Positions 52,244-54,718 of a stretch of 54,718 bases of DNA are shown here, in pieces. This DNA is from a virus (lineage: Duplodnaviria; Caudoviricetes): the IMG/VR virus record IMGVR_UViG_3300042535_000010, positions 1 to 54,718 of that record, one strand, 5' to 3'. Below the pieces are notes generated by a model. The model was not told where the DNA came from. It saw only the letters and a list, made by a program, of their open reading frames with translations, and ran no database searches. The translations under genes were made by a program, and so were the position numbers. Position 1 is the first letter of the stretch. Each line of letters starts with the position of its first letter.

Positions 52244-53005
52244 ATGGCCGGCTACAAACGACGCCCCCCGCGACTCGACCGCAAGGCTCGGTTCCCCCGC
52301 CGCCCCAAGCTCGAGTCGTCAGAGTGCGCCGTGGGGTACATCCGCGTCTCGACTGACGAGCAGGCCCTCGGCCCCGAGGCCCAGAAGACAGAAATCCTGA
52401 CCTGGTCGGCCGAGAACGACATCCCGATCGCGGCCTGGCACGAGGACCTGGGTGTATCGGGGCGGTCCCCCATGGACCAGCGACCGGCGCTCATGGACGC
52501 CCTGGAGAGCGTCCACAAGAATCACGCGCGGTTCTTGATCGTGGCGGCCCGTGACCGCCTCTCGCGCGACGTGTCCGTGGGGGCCATGCTTGAGTACGAG
52601 TTTTCGCGTAACAAGTGCCGTATTCTGACCGTCCGCGAGGACACCTCCGACGAGACACCCGAGAGTCTGATGATGCGCCGCATGCTGGACGTCATGTCCG
52701 AGTATGAGGTGTCCCTTATTCGCCGCCGCACGAAGGCGGCAATGGCCGCCGCGAAGGCGAACGGAAAACAAGTCGGCCGCCCGGGGATGCTGTCCAGCCA
52801 GTTCGGGCGCGAGATGGTAGCTTTGGTGCATGACCTCTCTGCGGCGGGGTTCCACTCGGCACGGATCTGTAGGTTCATGAACTGGAAGTACGGACGGAGC
52901 CTCTACGGCACTTCTTGGGGGCCGCAGCTCGTGAAGCGCTGCCTCGGGATGCCGCGGCCGCCGGAGTTTCTGGAATTCGCAATAGACAAGGATTGGGAAC
53001 CATGA
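52244..53005 (+). CDS. Small serine recombinase (resolvase/invertase family)
   Basis: GYIRVSTDEQ, DLGVSG, RPAL, DRLSRD, GKQVGRP. Confidence 0.92.
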   Translation: MAGYKRRPPRLDRKARFPRRPKLESSECAVGYIRVSTDEQALGPEAQKTEILTWSAENDIPIAAWHEDLGVSGRSPMDQRPALMDALESVHKNHARFLIVAARDRLSRDVSVGAMLEYEFSRNKCRILTVREDTSDETPESLMMRRMLDVMSEYEVSLIRRRTKAAMAAAKANGKQVGRPGMLSSQFGREMVALVHDLSAAGFHSARICRFMNWKYGRSLYGTSWGPQLVKRCLGMPRPPEFLEFAIDKDWEP

Positions 53006-53073
53006 CTCTAGACGCAGGTTTTTCTAACGGCTCCGGCTTGCGCCCGTGAAGGCCCGGTGCTAGTATTTCTGAC

Positions 53074-53319
53074 ATGGTCAAGTTCGACAAGCTAGCCCTG
53101 GAGATCGTCCCAGAGTACCGCCCCGGCAAGTTCGCCGCGGCCGTGGTGCTCTACCACCGCGGCGCCGAGGTCTACCGCGAGGTCTTCGCCGAGAACCAGA
53201 GGTTCACGCCGCTCATGGCCAAGGTGGTCGAGCAGTGTCGCATCGAAAGTACAAAGATGGCTCGGCACAAGTACGAGGCCGATCCTGTGGAAACTGCCCC
53301 GACAACGAAGGTGGACTAG
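53074..53319 (+). CDS. Hypothetical protein
   Basis: TTGCGC-N17-TAGTAT-N7-ATG promoter. Confidence 0.65.
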   Translation: MVKFDKLALEIVPEYRPGKFAAAVVLYHRGAEVYREVFAENQRFTPLMAKVVEQCRIESTKMARHKYEADPVETAPTTKVD

Positions 53320-53320
53320 G

Positions 53321-53566
53321 ATGTACCTAGCGATAAGCGTAGCCGCCGTCAGTCTGGCTGTCTGGGACATGTTTCGTCGTTGGGTGGCCTACGACCGCGC
53401 CAACGTGTCCGCCCTGTCAGAAAAACTGACACACCTGGTCGAGTCCAATCGCTTGCAAAAGGCCGCGCTCGAGAACTTTCTCAAGCAAATGGCGGAACTC
53501 GTGTCGTTCACGCAGGAGCGCAAGCGCGAGCTGGAACTTCGCCTGGCGGGAAAGAAGTTGCCGTGA
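53321..53566 (+). CDS. Membrane-anchored coiled-coil protein
   Basis: N-terminal hydrophobic helix then heptads. Confidence 0.6.
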   Translation: MYLAISVAAVSLAVWDMFRRWVAYDRANVSALSEKLTHLVESNRLQKAALENFLKQMAELVSFTQERKRELELRLAGKKLP

Positions 53567-54042
53567 CCGGAAGACCTCCGACCTGCGTTCAGACGGCGCT
53601 CGGTCTGTTCATAGACCGCAGCGGCGGAGAACTGTCCTGCTGGCCCTGGACGCAGACAACATTCCGTAATGGTTACGGACGGCTGTCCGTTCGCGGGCGC
53701 TCTCTATTAGCGCATCGCGTTACGTACGAGTTTTACATCGGCGCGATTCCGCACGGGCTCTCTCTTCTACACAGCTGCGACAATCCGATTTGCTGCAATC
53801 CGGCTCACTTACGTCCCGGTACTCCAGCTGACAACATGCAAGATAAAGTCAACCGCGGACGCGCACTCGGCGCGCATCGCGGGAGCCAGCACCACAACGC
53901 GGTGCTCACCGAGACAGACGTAGTCGAAATGCGCAAACTACACGAAGCTGGAGTTACGCAGCGTGCCATTGCCTTGCAATTCGGCGTCAGTTTCAGGCGG
54001 GTCAACAGCGTTGTGCTTCGACGCACCTGGAAGCACGTATGA
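53563..54042 (+). CDS. HNH endonuclease
   Basis: CWPW, GYG, AHRVTY, HSCDNPICCNPAHLRPGT..N. Confidence 0.92.
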   Translation: MTGRPPTCVQTALGLFIDRSGGELSCWPWTQTTFRNGYGRLSVRGRSLLAHRVTYEFYIGAIPHGLSLLHSCDNPICCNPAHLRPGTPADNMQDKVNRGRALGAHRGSQHHNAVLTETDVVEMRKLHEAGVTQRAIALQFGVSFRRVNSVVLRRTWKHV

Positions 54043-54407
54043 CCCAAATCCTCAGCAAGCTAGAGACAGCCAGATGGATCCTGTCCGCGGACGACCTGTT
54101 CGTCAGCCTGGATCCCCGCGGCGCGGACGTCACGGTCCCGCCCTGGCTCAAGCACCAGCCCGAACTGTGTCTGCAGTTCGGGCTGAACCTGCCAATTCAC
54201 ATCCCTGACATGCATTTGGACGAGACCGGCATCTACGGCACGCTGAGTTTTCAGCGGACGCCGTACACCTGCGCCATCCCATGGAAGGCCGTGTTCAAGA
54301 TGCACACGGGTCAGGGCTTGGGGTTCGCCTGGGGCCTGCCCGAAGAACCCATCAAGACGAAGACGCTCAAGAACGGTTGGAAACTCATAGTTGGTGGTAA
54401 GAAATGA
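54039..54407 (+). CDS. sspB: SspB-like ClpXP adaptor, copy 2
   Basis: LDPRGADVTVPPWLKHQPELCLQFGLNLPIHIPDM..GTLSFQRTPYTCAIPWKAVF. Confidence 0.85.
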   Translation: MTQILSKLETARWILSADDLFVSLDPRGADVTVPPWLKHQPELCLQFGLNLPIHIPDMHLDETGIYGTLSFQRTPYTCAIPWKAVFKMHTGQGLGFAWGLPEEPIKTKTLKNGWKLIVGGKK

Positions 54408-54718
54408 CCGACCTCGAAGTCTACTACGCCTCGCGTGAGATTTCACGCCAGCGCGAGTTCTGGATTGCCGTGTCAGAATTTCTGATTCTGGCGACGCTAC
54501 TCATCGAGTGGCAGCTGTTCATCGCTGTGCTGAAAGGTCTGGGCCTGTAAGATGTACATGAAGTTGCTAAGCTGCTACCGCATCCTTCGCGGGCATACAT
54601 CGCTCGCGGCCTGCTACGAACTCGGTTACATCGCCGGGATCGCCGTCGGCGCGCTGCGAGCTTCGGGTGTCAAGGCCACTGCGAAGAAAGTGGAGCTGAA
54701 CTAGTGAAGTACCTCATC

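Noticed and set aside
1-54718. tRNA, tmRNA or rRNA genes
   Set aside because: No cloverleaf or T-loop context recognised in the few intergenic gaps by eye; tRNAscan-SE/ARAGORN not run

Overview
Near-complete genome of a GC-rich, contractile-tailed (myovirus-type) dsDNA phage. Its two SspB homologues and myxobacterial-style lipoproteins suggest a Myxococcota (probably Polyangia) host; this is inference. Recognisable modules: head (DUF2213 protease/scaffold, decoration protein, DUF2184 major capsid), neck, sheath, tube, TerL, portal, minor head protein, putative TerS, tape measure, baseplate, three fibre/spike proteins, and replication (PD-(D/E)XK nuclease, SF2 helicase, Prim-Pol/VapE-like primase-helicase, family A polymerase). 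Also present: three adenine methyltransferases, a T4-type lysozyme and a small serine recombinase. The most striking feature is the architecture. Virion genes are broken into islands interleaved with opposite-strand accessory genes, and nearly every island starts with an extended -10 element (TGC-TAnnnT) only 5-8 nt before the start codon, implying leaderless mRNAs. A second -35/-10 leaderless class drives accessory genes, including tiny membrane peptides missing from the ORF track. Other highlights: a duplicated 67-bp AT-rich element beside both the primase-helicase and a stand-alone copy of its C-terminal domain; a relocated tail-chaperone gene that keeps its -1 frameshift; two SspB adaptors plus an HslV/proteasome-type Ntn hydrolase; and a window start that repeats 51241-51885 (first 127 bp exact). 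All family calls are by eye from motifs; no searches were run.
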